Notes: a model not told the origin generated them from the letters alone. DNA of 64,000 bases from Octopus sinensis (GCF_006345805.1 NC_043018.1:22320001-22384000); one strand, 5' to 3'. Positions 1-11,059 are shown, numbered from the stretch's first letter. Made by a program: numbers and translations.

Positions 1-149
1 ACAATAGCCTAAAGACTAAAGACACACACTACCTATCAATCATTGTTTCGTTTGTTAATCACCTGAAGGTTAACCAGAATGGATGCCAGAGAAACCCGAG
101 TCTCAGTGGGTTAGAACCCAATATTCTTATTTATGTTGCTCATAGAAAG

Positions 150-684
150 TAATTCTCTGTGTTGAGTTGTTTCTTTCCGGCATCCCGTGTTGAAGGCCAT
201 ATCAGGAATGCCAAAGAAAGCCAAGTAAAGAAATTCGAAATTTGTTAGTTTAATCCCAAAATGAATTATGTCTCGAACTGTACCTGGCGCCAAGTACCAA
301 GAATGAAGTAAAAGAAGCCATTAGATATATTTCCTTTCAGTTGCATTTTCATGGCCTCCATCTACTTCTAAATTTTTGTTTCCATTAACACAGCAACTTG
401 GTTTTACAGATGCCACTGTTGATATTGCAGACTACATTGAAATGTCTATTGAAAAACTCTAGAACCTGTGAAAACCATTTGACATTCTGCTGACAGAATC
501 AAAACACGTCGTTTACAATCAACAAATTGAAATAAAATAAGAAGGGAATGACAGAAAGTGATAGAAACTTTCTGAGGGAAATCAGTCAAGTGGTGAAGGC
601 CAAACAAAGGACATTTGACACGTAAATGCAGAATCATAATTTCGGAAATCTGTTTTTTTTGTCCTTTTTTTTTGGGCCGTTCTG

Positions 685-719
<35 letters not shown>

Positions 720-950
720 AGTCTTACTAAAAGATTTTGAAGCTGCAAAGAAAGTTTCCGATGCTTTTTCATTCCTCTGGCAATTGCTGTCTACATCGGA
801 AAATCTTTTGGTCAGGAACTACGAGTCATTTGCACAAAATTATAATGTTGATGTAAATAGCGAAGAACTTTAAGACGAATTATTCGACGCGAAAACTTAA
901 GTACACTGGCACATTTCGAAAATTTCTTCAGAAACTCTTCGGCTTACGCA
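150..950 (+). pseudogene. Decayed hAT (ZMYM1-like) transposase remnant, interrupted by a poly-T tract
   Basis: Manual translation gives QQLGFTDATVDIADYIEMSIEKL and KDFEAAKKVSDAFSFLWQLLSTSENLLVRNYESFAQNYNVDVNSEEL*DELF, resembling the C-terminal half of hAT transposases; it has stops and frameshifts. Boundaries approximate. Confidence 0.55.
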
Positions 951-1052
951 ACAAAGTATACAACTACGACAAAAGAATTTAGAAACTTCGAGAGATATCA
1001 ACTGAATTATATTTTAACGGCAGAACACGAAGTAGATAAAGTTATAAATAAT

Positions 1053-1464
1053 CCTTTCCATGAGCACAAGGCCAGCAATTTTAAGGGAGGCCCAAGTCGA
1101 TTATATTCGACCCCAGTATATGACACATTTTATCGATCCCGAAAGTTCCCTTCATCCTCTGTAATATCAAATCAATGCTGTGTTATTCCGCGGTGGATGT
1201 TGAACTCAGAACGTAAAGACGGACGAAATACCTATTTCTTTATTACCCACAAGGGACTAAACACAGAGGGGACAAACAAGGACAGACATAGGTATTAAGT
1301 CGATTACATCGACCCCAGTGCGTAACTGGTACTTAATTTATCGACCCCGAATGGATGAAAGGCAAAGTCGACCTCGGCGGAATTTGAACTCACAACGTAA
1401 CGCAGACGAAATACCGCTAAGCATTTCGCCCGGCGTGCTAACGTTTCTACCAACTCGCCGCTTT
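1053..1464 (-). mobile_element. SINE A composite: head, one young-tail unit, then an older SINE A body with the ancestral tail
   Basis: tRNA-like head at ~1410-1462; junction AAGAAATAGG|TATTTCG at ~1231; flanked by GATAAAGTTA(TA)AATAAT at 1035-1052 and 1465-1480. Confidence 0.85.
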
Positions 1465-1570
1465 GATAAAGTTAAATAATAGTATGTAGAACATTGGGTT
1501 AGGGCAACCTTAGACTTTCTTCTATCCATGGGATTTTCAAAAACCCAACATTTTACACATCGTTTTATTA

Positions 1571-1790
1571 AGGCGATGAGCTGGCAGAATCGTTAACGCG
1601 CCGGACAAAATAATTAGCGGTACTACTTCCGACTTTACTTTCCGAGTTCAAATTCCACCGAGACCGATTTCGCTCTTCGCCCTTCCGGGGTTGGTAAAAT
1701 AAGGTACTAATTGAGCAACTGGAGTCAAAATAAACGACTCTCCCGCCCCACCACAAATTTCAGGCATTGTGTTTACAGTAGAAAGAATTA
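1571..1790 (+). mobile_element. SINE A, old copy with ancestral tail
   Basis: AGGCGATGAGCTGGCAGAATCGTTA head, GAGTTCAAATTCC B-box-like motif, tail CAGGCATTGTGTTTACAGTAGAAAG. Confidence 0.75.
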
Positions 1791-1844
1791 ATTATAAGCA
1801 TTAATAAATCTCCGAACGAGATATAAACAGTAACCGCTCGACAA

Positions 1845-2084
1845 CGTAAAGTGTACTAGCCATCTGAATGTACCATGCGTTGACGAGAGGCAAATACCTT
1901 GAAACTATAGTCCGTATGTATCACTTAGGTTTTCGAGGGAGGATGACCTCCCTTTGCAAATAACACAAGGGCACTGAAATTGTGTCCAAGGCAAGCTGGA
2001 GACGTTGATCTCCTGGGGCTAAAAGCGTCAGTAACACCCCACCCCCAGTGGCTAGCCACATTCAGATGGCTAGTACACTTTACG
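1845..2084. repeat. MITE-like element bounded by a perfect 27-bp inverted repeat
   Basis: CGTAAAGTGTACTAGCCATCTGAATGT at 1845-1871 and its reverse complement at 2058-2084; no TSD seen. Confidence 0.6.
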
Positions 2085-2631
2085 AATTAATTATAGTTTT
2101 ATCGCTATTAAAAAAAACAATTTACTTCAGCACAAGATGGAATATATCGTCCAATAAAATGGCGCATCACTCCGCATTTTTCTCTCGAAGCCAGCAGCGG
2201 CACCACAAACAGAAAGTTCATTCAGTAGGCTAAAGAAATAAAAGTGATGAACAATAACTCAGAAGAAGAATTCTGTACTCTAAAGGACACGCTGAGCGCT
2301 TCTACTAAAGCAAAAAAGAAAACAGTTTAATGTTCTGATACGTTCCTAAAACTATTTTTAGCCAAAGTTTCTTTTGATCAAGTTCCTAATATCAGAACAT
2401 ATTTTCTCAGATGGTGTTTTCGGAAATAGAAATCTCTTTTGAATCTTAAATTTATAATCTATACTTTAAAAAGGTAGTGTAAAAAAATTGAAATTTCATC
2501 GCTTGTCTTTTTTTTTCTCCCATCGGTGGATGGGGGTCCGAAAACATTTCTCTTGATCGCAAACATACTCAAAGATTTAGAACATATATAAAGACACGCA
2601 CAAACACACACACATGCACACACACACACAC

Positions 2632-2670
<39 letters not shown>

Positions 2671-2727
2671 GGATATGTAGAAATACATACACGACCATAC
2701 CTGAATGTATGTATACATTCATAAACG

Positions 2728-2862
2728 CATAGATGCAGGTGTGATTTTGTCGTAAGAGGCTTACTTCCCAACCGTATCGTTTCGAGTTCAGTCCCATTGC
2801 GTGGCACCTTGGGCAAAGACTTGCGAGTCGATTTGGTAGAGGGAAACTGAAAGAAGCCTGTC

Positions 2863-2893
<31 letters not shown>

Positions 2894-3040
2894 CATACAT
2901 ATATGTGTGTGTGTGTGTTACCCACCACAGCTTGGCAACCGGTGTTGGTGTGTTTAAAATCTGTAACTTAACCTCTTTAACTTCGGCAAAAGAGACGGTA
3001 GTACTGGGCTCGATTTGTTCGACTAAAATCCTTCAAAGAC
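2728..3040 (+). mobile_element. SINE B (CORE-like, internal microsatellite), diverged
   Basis: GGCACCTTGGGCAAA core, GGAAACTGAAAGAAGCCTGTCG, (GT)n, then the TAACTT..TTCGGCAAAAGAGAC module. Confidence 0.8.
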
Positions 3041-3104
3041 AGATAGATAGATAAGGTGTTTGGGGGTAAATTTGCCAATTTTTATGACCCTTTATGACCC
3101 TTTT

Positions 3105-3700
3105 TTTCAGGAACAGCTTGATATAATGGTGAACAGTCAATGGAATTAGAGAGCATAAAGATTAAAGTTGTAATTGAGAAAAAGTGAGCTGATATGGAGA
3201 ACTGGAAGCCATCTGAGTGTTAGAAAAGAGTTCTCAGTATCATGATGATTCGGGCCAGGTATCAAAATTCCATCATGTCTGTTGTTCAATGCTCTGCGAA
3301 CACTACAAAGACTGTAAGACGTGACGTGGACAGCTGCTACGAAGCCGTAGCCAACATGAAGAGAAACAGCTGCTACGAAGCCGTAGCCAGCAGGAAGAGA
3401 CACAGCTGCCGTTCTGACTGCGTCCGCATGCTCAGATTCATTCAACAACAACAACTGCAGGATAAGGAGACGGAAGATTCGAGCTAGGGAATCTGGGCTT
3501 TTGGCGATAGAGGTGGGTGCTGGAGTTGCCACCATGAGGCTGGCCTTCTTTCATACCATTCGTATAGGAGGCACAAGGGACAAATTCTGAGAGTCAAGAC
3601 CCTCTTCACGAAGGCAAAGAAGCTTCTGAAGAAGCCGAGGCATCCTGTTGAACCGGGGGTGATCTGGTTCTTCTCAGACAAAAAGAAATTCTGCTGAAAT
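3105..3700 (+). pseudogene. maT/DD37D-like (Tc1/mariner superfamily) transposase N-terminal relic
   Basis: YEAVASRKRHSCRSDCVRM, then KAKKLLKKPRHPVEPGVIWFFSDKKKFC (first catalytic Asp region); 36-bp internal tandem duplication near 3328-3400; 5' region homologous to 33843-33980. Confidence 0.65.
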
Positions 3701-3874
3701 TTTCGTAAAGTGAATATAGGAGAGAGCTCACGATACGTTATGCACACTGAATAAGTTTTAGCCATTGTAGGTGGGGTATGATTGACTACAGTGAATAAAT
3801 GCCATCAAATTCTGTAAGTATCGTTTCGTAAATAGAGAAAAGGAATCTGTTTACTCACATATTATACGACATTA

Positions 3875-4212
3875 AAGGCAGCCGTGTGGTCAAGAGGTTT
3901 GCTTTGCAATCACGTGTTTTGGGGTTTAGTTCCACTGCGCAGAAACTCGGGCAATATCTTCTGTTATAGGCCCAGACCAATCAATGCCTTCCGAGTGAAT
4001 TTGGTTGACGAAAACTGTGGAAACCCATCGAGTAGGTATGTCTGTATATGTCTCCTCACCGATACTGGTTTGTTTTCGTCCCTATAACAGTTTCTGCCAA
4101 TGAGACTTATAATACGTACTAGACTTAAAAAAGATAAGTACCAGGGTTGATTTGTTTTAAGCTCTTCAAGGCGGTGCCCCAGTATGGGCATAATTTAATG
4201 ACTAAAACAAGG
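3875..4212 (+). mobile_element. SINE B, diverged
   Basis: Head GCCGTGTGGTCAAGAGG; 3' end CTTCAAGGCGGTGCCCCAGTATGG..ATGACTAAAACAAG. Confidence 0.75.
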
Positions 4213-4613
4213 TGTGTGTGTGTGATGGATAGCAGCGGTGCCACAGCGTATCTACATTGATATGAATTATGAGATGTCAATGAAATTTCAATAATCGGGG
4301 GAGAAAGAATTAACTGTTGACGTTATTGGATGGTAATATTATTGTAGTACATGGCTACACAAATGTAATTTCAATACAAATATTTATAATTATTTGGGAA
4401 GGAAAATTAATTCGAGGAGTGTGCAGAGAATAATTCATTTTGCAACTAAATTAGTGTGTAATGTACTGCGAAGAGAAAACTAATTAAATTGGTTAATTTT
4501 AGAGTAAAAATCTCTCATTTAACTTCACACACACACACACACATACATACATAGAGTGTGTGTGTATGTATGGGTATAGATGATTGGTTTAAAAAGTTTT
4601 GCTTCGCTACCAT

Positions 4614-5031
4614 ATATATTTCTTTACTACCCACAAGCGGCTAAACACAGAAGGGACAAACAAGGACAGACAAACGGATTAAGTCGATTACATCGACCCC
4701 AGAGCGTTACAGGTACTTAATTTATCGACCCCGAAAGGATGAAAGGCAAAGTCGACCTCGGCGGAATTTGAACTCAGAACGTAACGGCAGACAAAATACC
4801 TATTTCTTTACTACCCACAAGGGGCTAAACACAGAGGGGACAAACAAGGACAGACAAACGGATTAAGTCGATTACATCGAACCCAGAGCGTTACAGGTAC
4901 TTAATTTATCGACCCTGAAAGGACGAAAGGCAAAATCGACCTCGGCGGAATTTGAACTCAGAACGTAACGGCAGACGAAATACGGCTATGCATTTCGTCC
5001 GGCATGCTAACGTTTCTGCCAGCTCGCCGCC
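4614..5031 (-). mobile_element. SINE A dimer (head plus two 184-bp units) inserted in an old SINE B
   Basis: Units repeat with period 184 (TATTTCTTT at 4617 and 4801); 16-bp TSD TTTGCTTCGCTACCAT at 4598-4613 and 5032-5047. Confidence 0.9.
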
Positions 5032-5278
5032 TTTGCTTCGCTACCATGGTGCGACACCATGGAGAAGCGTGTTCAGCTATAAGCCTCGGGTTGACCAGAA
5101 TCTGCGTGAAAGCCCATTGCATATGTGTGCGTGCGTGCACAAATTCACATATGTACACACAGTCAGATACAGACACGTACAAGTAGTCATATAGTGTGTG
5201 TGATATAGTCTTGATATGTACTTAGTGTTGTCTGCGTTGAGAAATAGATCGACTTTGGCTGCTGCCTCCTCAAAGGAT

Positions 5279-5386
5279 GTTAACAGCTACGGCGGTACAT
5301 ATTCTAAACTTGGAACGATACAGTGAAGGTTAGCATGCCCTCTACGTAAGGGTGACACGCAAATTCGGAAACGTTCCATATTTTTT
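5279..5386 (+). pseudogene. RNU6: U6 snRNA pseudogene (full length, ACAGAGA box mutated)
   Basis: ACATATTCTAAACTTGGAACGATACAGTGAAGGTTAGCATGCCCTCTACGTAAGGGTGACACGCAAATTCGGAAACGTTCCATATTTTT aligns by eye to metazoan U6 with about 10 substitutions and 1 gap over ~90 nt; ACAGAGA has become ACAGTGA. Confidence 0.88.
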
Positions 5387-5387
5387 A

Positions 5388-5651
5388 TAGGCGCAGGAGT
5401 GGCTGTGTGGTAAGTAGCTTGCTTACCAACTACATGGTTCTGGGTTCAGTCCCACTGCGTGGCACCTTGGGCAAGTGTCTTCTACTATAGCCCCGGGCCG
5501 ACCAAAGCCTTGTGAGTGGATTTGGTAGACGGAAACTGAAAGAAGCTCGTCGTATATATGTGTATGTATATATATGTGTATGTATGTATATATACATATA
5601 TATATATACATATATATATATACATATATATATATACATATATATATATAC

Positions 5652-5701
<50 letters not shown>

Positions 5702-5893
5702 TTGTGTGTGTCTTCCCTACATCGCTTGACAACCGATGCTGGTGTGTTTACGTCCCCGTAACTTAGCGGTTCGGCAAAAGAGACCGATTGAATAAGTACT
5801 AGGCTTCCAAAGAATAAGTCCTGGGGTCGATTTGCTCGACTAAAGGCGGTGCTCCAGCATGACTGCAGTCAAATGACTGAAACAAGTAAAAGA
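5388..5893 (+). mobile_element. SINE B, young full-length copy with an expanded internal (TA/CA/TG)n
   Basis: AGGCGCAGGAGTGGCTGTGTGGTAAG head, GGGTTCAGTCCC B box, core, ~170-bp microsatellite, 3' end GGCGGTGCTCCAGCATG..CAAATGACTGAAACAAGTAAAAGAG. Confidence 0.9.
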
Positions 5894-6367
5894 GGTCTTG
5901 CACTTCACACGTTTGAAGGAAAAATCATCAGCCACATTGTCAAGTTTAGAGAGGAACACACTCTGTTAATGTCATGTTTGTTTCTGCTTAATGATGAGGC
6001 CGTTGCTCCGGATAGGATCATTAATTTGCGTTAAGATGTAGTCCATGAAAGTCAAGGAAAAAAAGGGGGCGAAGATGTCATCCTGAAGGAATCCCGTGGT
6101 TGGAGACTCTTCACTTGCACCGTCCTTGCATTACATAAAGGTTACTCTAATTAATCCAGTTCTTTCTACCGAAACGTTGTCAAGGTGAACAAGGTTGCTG
6201 TATACGATACGCCCGGAAACAACCCCTGTGGTTCAGAAACCTTGATTTTGTTGCAGCAAAGAGTTATTGCTTCACGAAGTTCCTCATGTGCTTTCCATTT
6301 TTACTGGTGTTTGTATTGGAAATGAAGAGTGAGTTTGCAGGGCCTAGAAGTCACCTTTGTGCATGTA

Positions 6368-6398
<31 letters not shown>

Positions 6399-6689
6399 TG
6401 TGTGCGTTAGATTACAAATTTTCCATCCTTCATTTTTCAATGAAAGTTGTCTTGCCTTCTCAGGATTGAATGCATCTTTGTTATTACAACAGAAAGGAAA
6501 CATTCTGAAGCAATAACAGAAATGAATCGATTTCTACATAGGAAGATAATTTCCATCGCAAAAGCAAAAACAAAAACAAAAAAAATTAAAAATTCATCCG
6601 AAATTTGAAATTTCCCATAAACTAAAAAAAAAAAATGAACATGAATTGAAAGTGCGAGTGTGTTTATTAACTGAGATATTAATAATACT

Positions 6690-6900
6690 TTTTTACAATA
6701 GGAACAAGGCCTGGAATTTGATTGGAGTGGGATAGTCGATTTCATCGACCCCGGCGCTCGACTGGTACATAATTAATCGATTCCATAAAGATGAAAGGCG
6801 AAGTCGATCCCGGCGGAATTAGAACCCAGATCGTAAAGACAGATGAAATGCCGCTAAGTATTTTGTTCGGCGTGCTAACTATTCTGCCAGCTCGCCGCCT
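6690..6900 (-). mobile_element. SINE A, ancestral-tail monomer
   Basis: Reverse-strand head ending ...CTGCCAGCTCGCCGCC, with core and ancestral tail. Confidence 0.8.
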
Positions 6901-7119
6901 TGAATGGAGCACTAAGAATATCGTGTTGGAATCAGTTGAAAAACATTGCACATATATATATATATATTTATATATATATATATTTATATATATATATATT
7001 TATATATATATATATATATATACTTTTGATGTATTTAAAATTATATAAATTAATTAATTTTATGTATTGGCTTAAGTTTTTCATTGTTTGATTTGCCTAA
7101 TAGTGGTTTTTATCTCTAA

Positions 7120-7168
<49 letters not shown>

Positions 7169-8542
7169 ATATTTGACACCTTCTGGTGCATTCGGACATG
7201 AGAAGCTCTTCCGATGAGGAAATAGTCGAGGGAGAAAATCCACTTTCTCTAATCGTGTGTGAAAAGTCATGTGTGTGAAAATTATGTCACTAGATCATTG
7301 GAAGTATGAGGTTTTGCGTTCTTCAACCACACACACACACACACACACACGCACACACACACATGAAACAGAAACAGTGTTAACCAAAATTGTTACAACA
7401 CTAAACTCGAAGAAAGAATAAAACGTTAAATAGTCAAGAATCCAGACAATCTGACAATCTTCTTGAAGCAATTTCGATACAGACTACACCAATTCAACTA
7501 GCTTGATATTAGTGGTTAGTTTATTCTCCACTTGAAAAACCTTAATACCTTCAAAGAAATGCTGTGAGTGAATCAACGAGTTCTAATTAAAACTTAATAT
7601 TGCTACGACTCCTTTCGAAAAAAACCAAAAGCCATTCGAATGATGAAAACAGAACATTTTCAGTTGATGAAATTAAAATAATAAACGAGCCGTTAAAAGC
7701 AACATCGATGTCTCTTATGTGTTATATAATTTATCGATCGTTTAACTTTGCAATTTATGTAAGACAAAACTAATTAATATTTCTTTATCTTGGATGATCG
7801 ATATAATTCCCTTCGACATTTTTAATTAACTGTGAAGATGATTGAATAGTAACCTGCATTAGCCATGATCAATGCATCTAATTGAGAGTAAAGAAAAAAT
7901 TTTCTTGAAAATGTTTACGACAAAAGTAGATTTAAATAAGAACTTGTGATTAAATGCCTGTTAATGCAGTTCCAATATTTTAACAAAAATGCAAATTTCT
8001 GATTTATTTCAAGTCAAGAACAAAATTGTTTGAAGTGAGCTGCCCTACTTTGTTCTGAATTTAATAATTTTGTAATTTGGATTCTTGTCAAATACAATGT
8101 TTCCTAGGATAATATATTGAAGATGATATATTAAGAAAACTTGCAGTTTCCATTGGTGATATCGCATTATAATTCTTCACTTAACAAAATAATTTATATC
8201 TTTAGAGTCAGAAAAAATGGCGGAAGATCTTTGGATCTTTATAGTTTTTATATTGTAACATCTTAATTTGAAACTAGTGATATTGAAAAGTAATCTCAGC
8301 CTCGATGCTGAAGCCTAGTGAAGATTACAGACCTGGACAAACATTTAAATTATCTTAGATTTAACATTTGGCATCTCAAATCTTCACTGCAATATTAAAT
8401 AACATACCAGTTATTTCATTATAATTCTTATAATAAAAATCGCTAGAGATTTTGTGCAGAAGACAATATGACATTATTAAGAATAACTAATGCACTGAGG
8501 TGGCCGCGTCGTTATATAAGAGGGAAAAAAACAAAGGCCTTA

Positions 8543-8688
8543 CACTCCGAGTTCAAATTCCAACGAGATCAACTTTACCTTTTATTCCTCCGGGGTCAAT
8601 AAAATCAGGTACCAGTCACGTATAGGGATCAATTTGGTCGACTAGCCCCTATCCCAAAACTACTGGGTTTGTATCAAAATTGCAAAGT
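8543..8688 (+). mobile_element. SINE A, 5'-truncated and diverged
   Basis: GAGTTCAAATTCCAACGAG...GGGGTCAATAAAATCAGGTACCAG. Confidence 0.65.
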
Positions 8689-8779
8689 ATTAACCCATAT
8701 AAACCCCTAGTTGCGTTTTCACAACGCAAAATCTGCTCCTGACTGAGCAGACGAAATGTTCAGTAGGTAGTCGACACCC

Positions 8780-9043
8780 GTCATCTCTTTAAGGAGCTGC
8801 CTTGGCGATTCACTCCAGGTCCTCATAGAATTCCACAGCATATGGTGATGAGTCTACTGGATACTGGTTTACAGACGATGAGTGAATCTACTCTGGTTTT
8901 GTTAACATTGAAGCCCTCTCCATGTCCATGCTTGGCGTTATCTCCACTGTTCCACAGTTCACAACCTTCATCCATGGTTTCGTCGCCAAATCCAGTCCAC
9001 CTGACAGCCAACCCTAAGATATCGCGAATGTACTTTCGTCCTT
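8780..9043 (-). pseudogene. RTE-clade LINE AP endonuclease fragment, inverted relative to the adjacent RT
   Basis: Minus frame DILGLAVRWTGFGDETMDEGCELWNSGDNAKHGHGEGFNVNKTRVDSLIVCKPVSSRLITI, then AVEFYEDLE; typical APE N-terminal motifs. Confidence 0.75.
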
Positions 9044-10142
9044 CCATCACCTCATCGACTTCAAAAAGGCCTTCGACCGTGTTTGGCACGACAGGTTGTA
9101 GCAGGCGATGAGGATTTACAACTTCGTCAACAACCTTATCGAAGTACTCCAAACATTGTATGAAAACTCATACAGTGCAGTTCTGAGAATTCTTCAAGAT
9201 CGGAGAATTCTTCAAGGCAACAGTGGAGGTTCCTCAAAGATATCTCCTCTCTCTAGTGCTTTTTAACATATTCGCGCGGAATATTATACAGGAGGCACTT
9301 CAAGACCTCCACCCCTTGGTTTCCATTGAAGGATGGCCCATTTCCAACTTGTGTTTTTTGCTGATGATGTTGACATGCTGGGAAGCAGTGAAGCAGAATT
9401 ACAGGAGCTTGCCACTAGACTAGATAAAGTATCAAGAGCATACAGGATAGAGATCAACCCAAGATCTTGGTTAATTATATCCAAACCATGAACATCATGC
9501 TAAACGGACAAAGACTTGGTGGACACCTTCAGGTACCTCGGGTCCACTTTGACCAAGAGCGGCAAGTCTCAAAGGGAGATAAGACTCAGCTTAGCCTCTG
9601 CTGCCATAACGAAGCAGAACAGCACAAGGAAAAAGAACTCCATTAGGCTTCCAACAAGACTCAGAGTGTACAAGTCCTGGGTGACTTCCATCCTTCTGTA
9701 GAGGTGTGAGAGCTGGACTCTAACAGCTGACAGAGCGAAGAGTCCAGACATCTGAACGCAAATGCTTCAGAAGGCTGTTACACATCCTGTACATTGACGA
9801 CAAAATTAACAGCTTTGTCTGGCAGGAAATCAACAAATATGCTGGTAGACAGGAACCATTTCTTGTGCTGGTTAAAAAGACGAAAGCCTGCCTGGTACGG
9901 TTATGTATCTCGCCACGGCTCCCTGTCAAGAATCTATTCTTCAGAGCACATTTGAAGGAGGGCGAAAGAGGGGACAGACGGAGAAAAACCTGGTTTGACA
10001 ACAAGGACTGAATAGGCCACAACATAACGAACCTGCTACGCATGATAGAGAACTGGGACCAGTGGCGACAGTTGTCTACTAAAGCGCTTAGAGTGGAACT
10101 CAATGACTGGCTGCATCATTTAAGGGATCTTGATGATGATGA
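9044..10142 (+). mobile_element. RTE-clade LINE 3' portion (decayed reverse transcriptase) with (GAT)n tail
   Basis: IDFKKAFDRVWH, LSLVLFNIF, an ADD-like motif, FRYLGS, LRVYKSWVTSILL, CESWTL, ERKCFRRLL; tail GATGATGATGA at ~10132-10142. Confidence 0.88.
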
Positions 10143-10144
10143 GC

Positions 10145-10826
10145 TAGTTAGTTAGTTAGTTAATTTGGCTCAAAAGCAAAAGCAAGGCCATGTAGGGGAC
10201 ATGGAGTTAAATACAGGGTGGTGTTCATGTAAAGAGTTCAGGCCACTTGAGGTCCAGGGAGGCTTTGAACAAAGCGGTCGTCGGCATCTTCACCATCTCG
10301 TCTGGCAGCTTGTTCCACGGATCCGCAACCCGGACGGAGAAAGCTCCTCTCCTTCGATTGAGATGAAATCGTCGCAGGTAGAGCTTTTCGGAATGACCCC
10401 GCAGCCGACGCTCCGGAGCAGGAGTGAAGAACAGCTCTTTCGAGAGGTTACACTTCCCGCTTATGATGTTGTGGGCGAGAATGAGATCACCACGGCGGCG
10501 CGCGTTTTTCAAGAGAATAAAGGTCGAGCGTCCTCAGCCTTTCTTCGTAGGACAAATTTTTGAGACCATGAACCATGCGGGTAGCCAGCCTCTGGACTCT
10601 TTCGAGATGCTGTATGTCTTTGAGAGATAAGGAGAAGAGGCTTGAATCCCATACTCCAATATGGGTCTCACCAGCGTGACATAGAGTGGCAGGGAAATGG
10701 CTGCTGTGAGCATTCCGAATGACCGTCGAATCAAAAACAGAATTCCGCGCGCTTTGTTGGCAGCATGGACGCACTGGGCCGAAGGCGAAAAGGAGGAATC
10801 CACCAAGATACCCAGGTCCTTTAGTT
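10145..10826 (-). mobile_element. CR1-clade LINE 3' end, 5'-truncated, with (TAAC)n tail
   Basis: [73 protein letters not shown]; tail TAGTTAGTTAGTTAGTTA at 10145-10162. Confidence 0.92.
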
Positions 10827-11059
10827 ATAAAAGACGCTATTTGATGTCAGTGGTTGCTAAGCCGAATTTTTAGATGCTCAGAGTTCGATTCTCTTTAGCA
10901 GCCTGCTGGCCACTTTCCGTCTTCTAAGGGTATATAGCCGATCTTCTAAGCTATTTTTACCGTTATTCTACGTTCGAGAATTCCTTTATTTTCTGTAAAT
11001 ACCAACTCACTCGGCGCTTCAAAGTTTGTTTATAAAAAGGTATTCAAACTGTCAAAACA

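Noticed and set aside
3771-3813. Possible 43-bp exon (TGTAG...GTAAGT)
   Set aside because: Weak polypyrimidine tract, no recognisable peptide and no partner exons; expected by chance in 64 kb.
5279-5386. Functional U6 gene
   Set aside because: The invariant ACAGAGA box and other conserved positions are mutated; called as a pseudogene.
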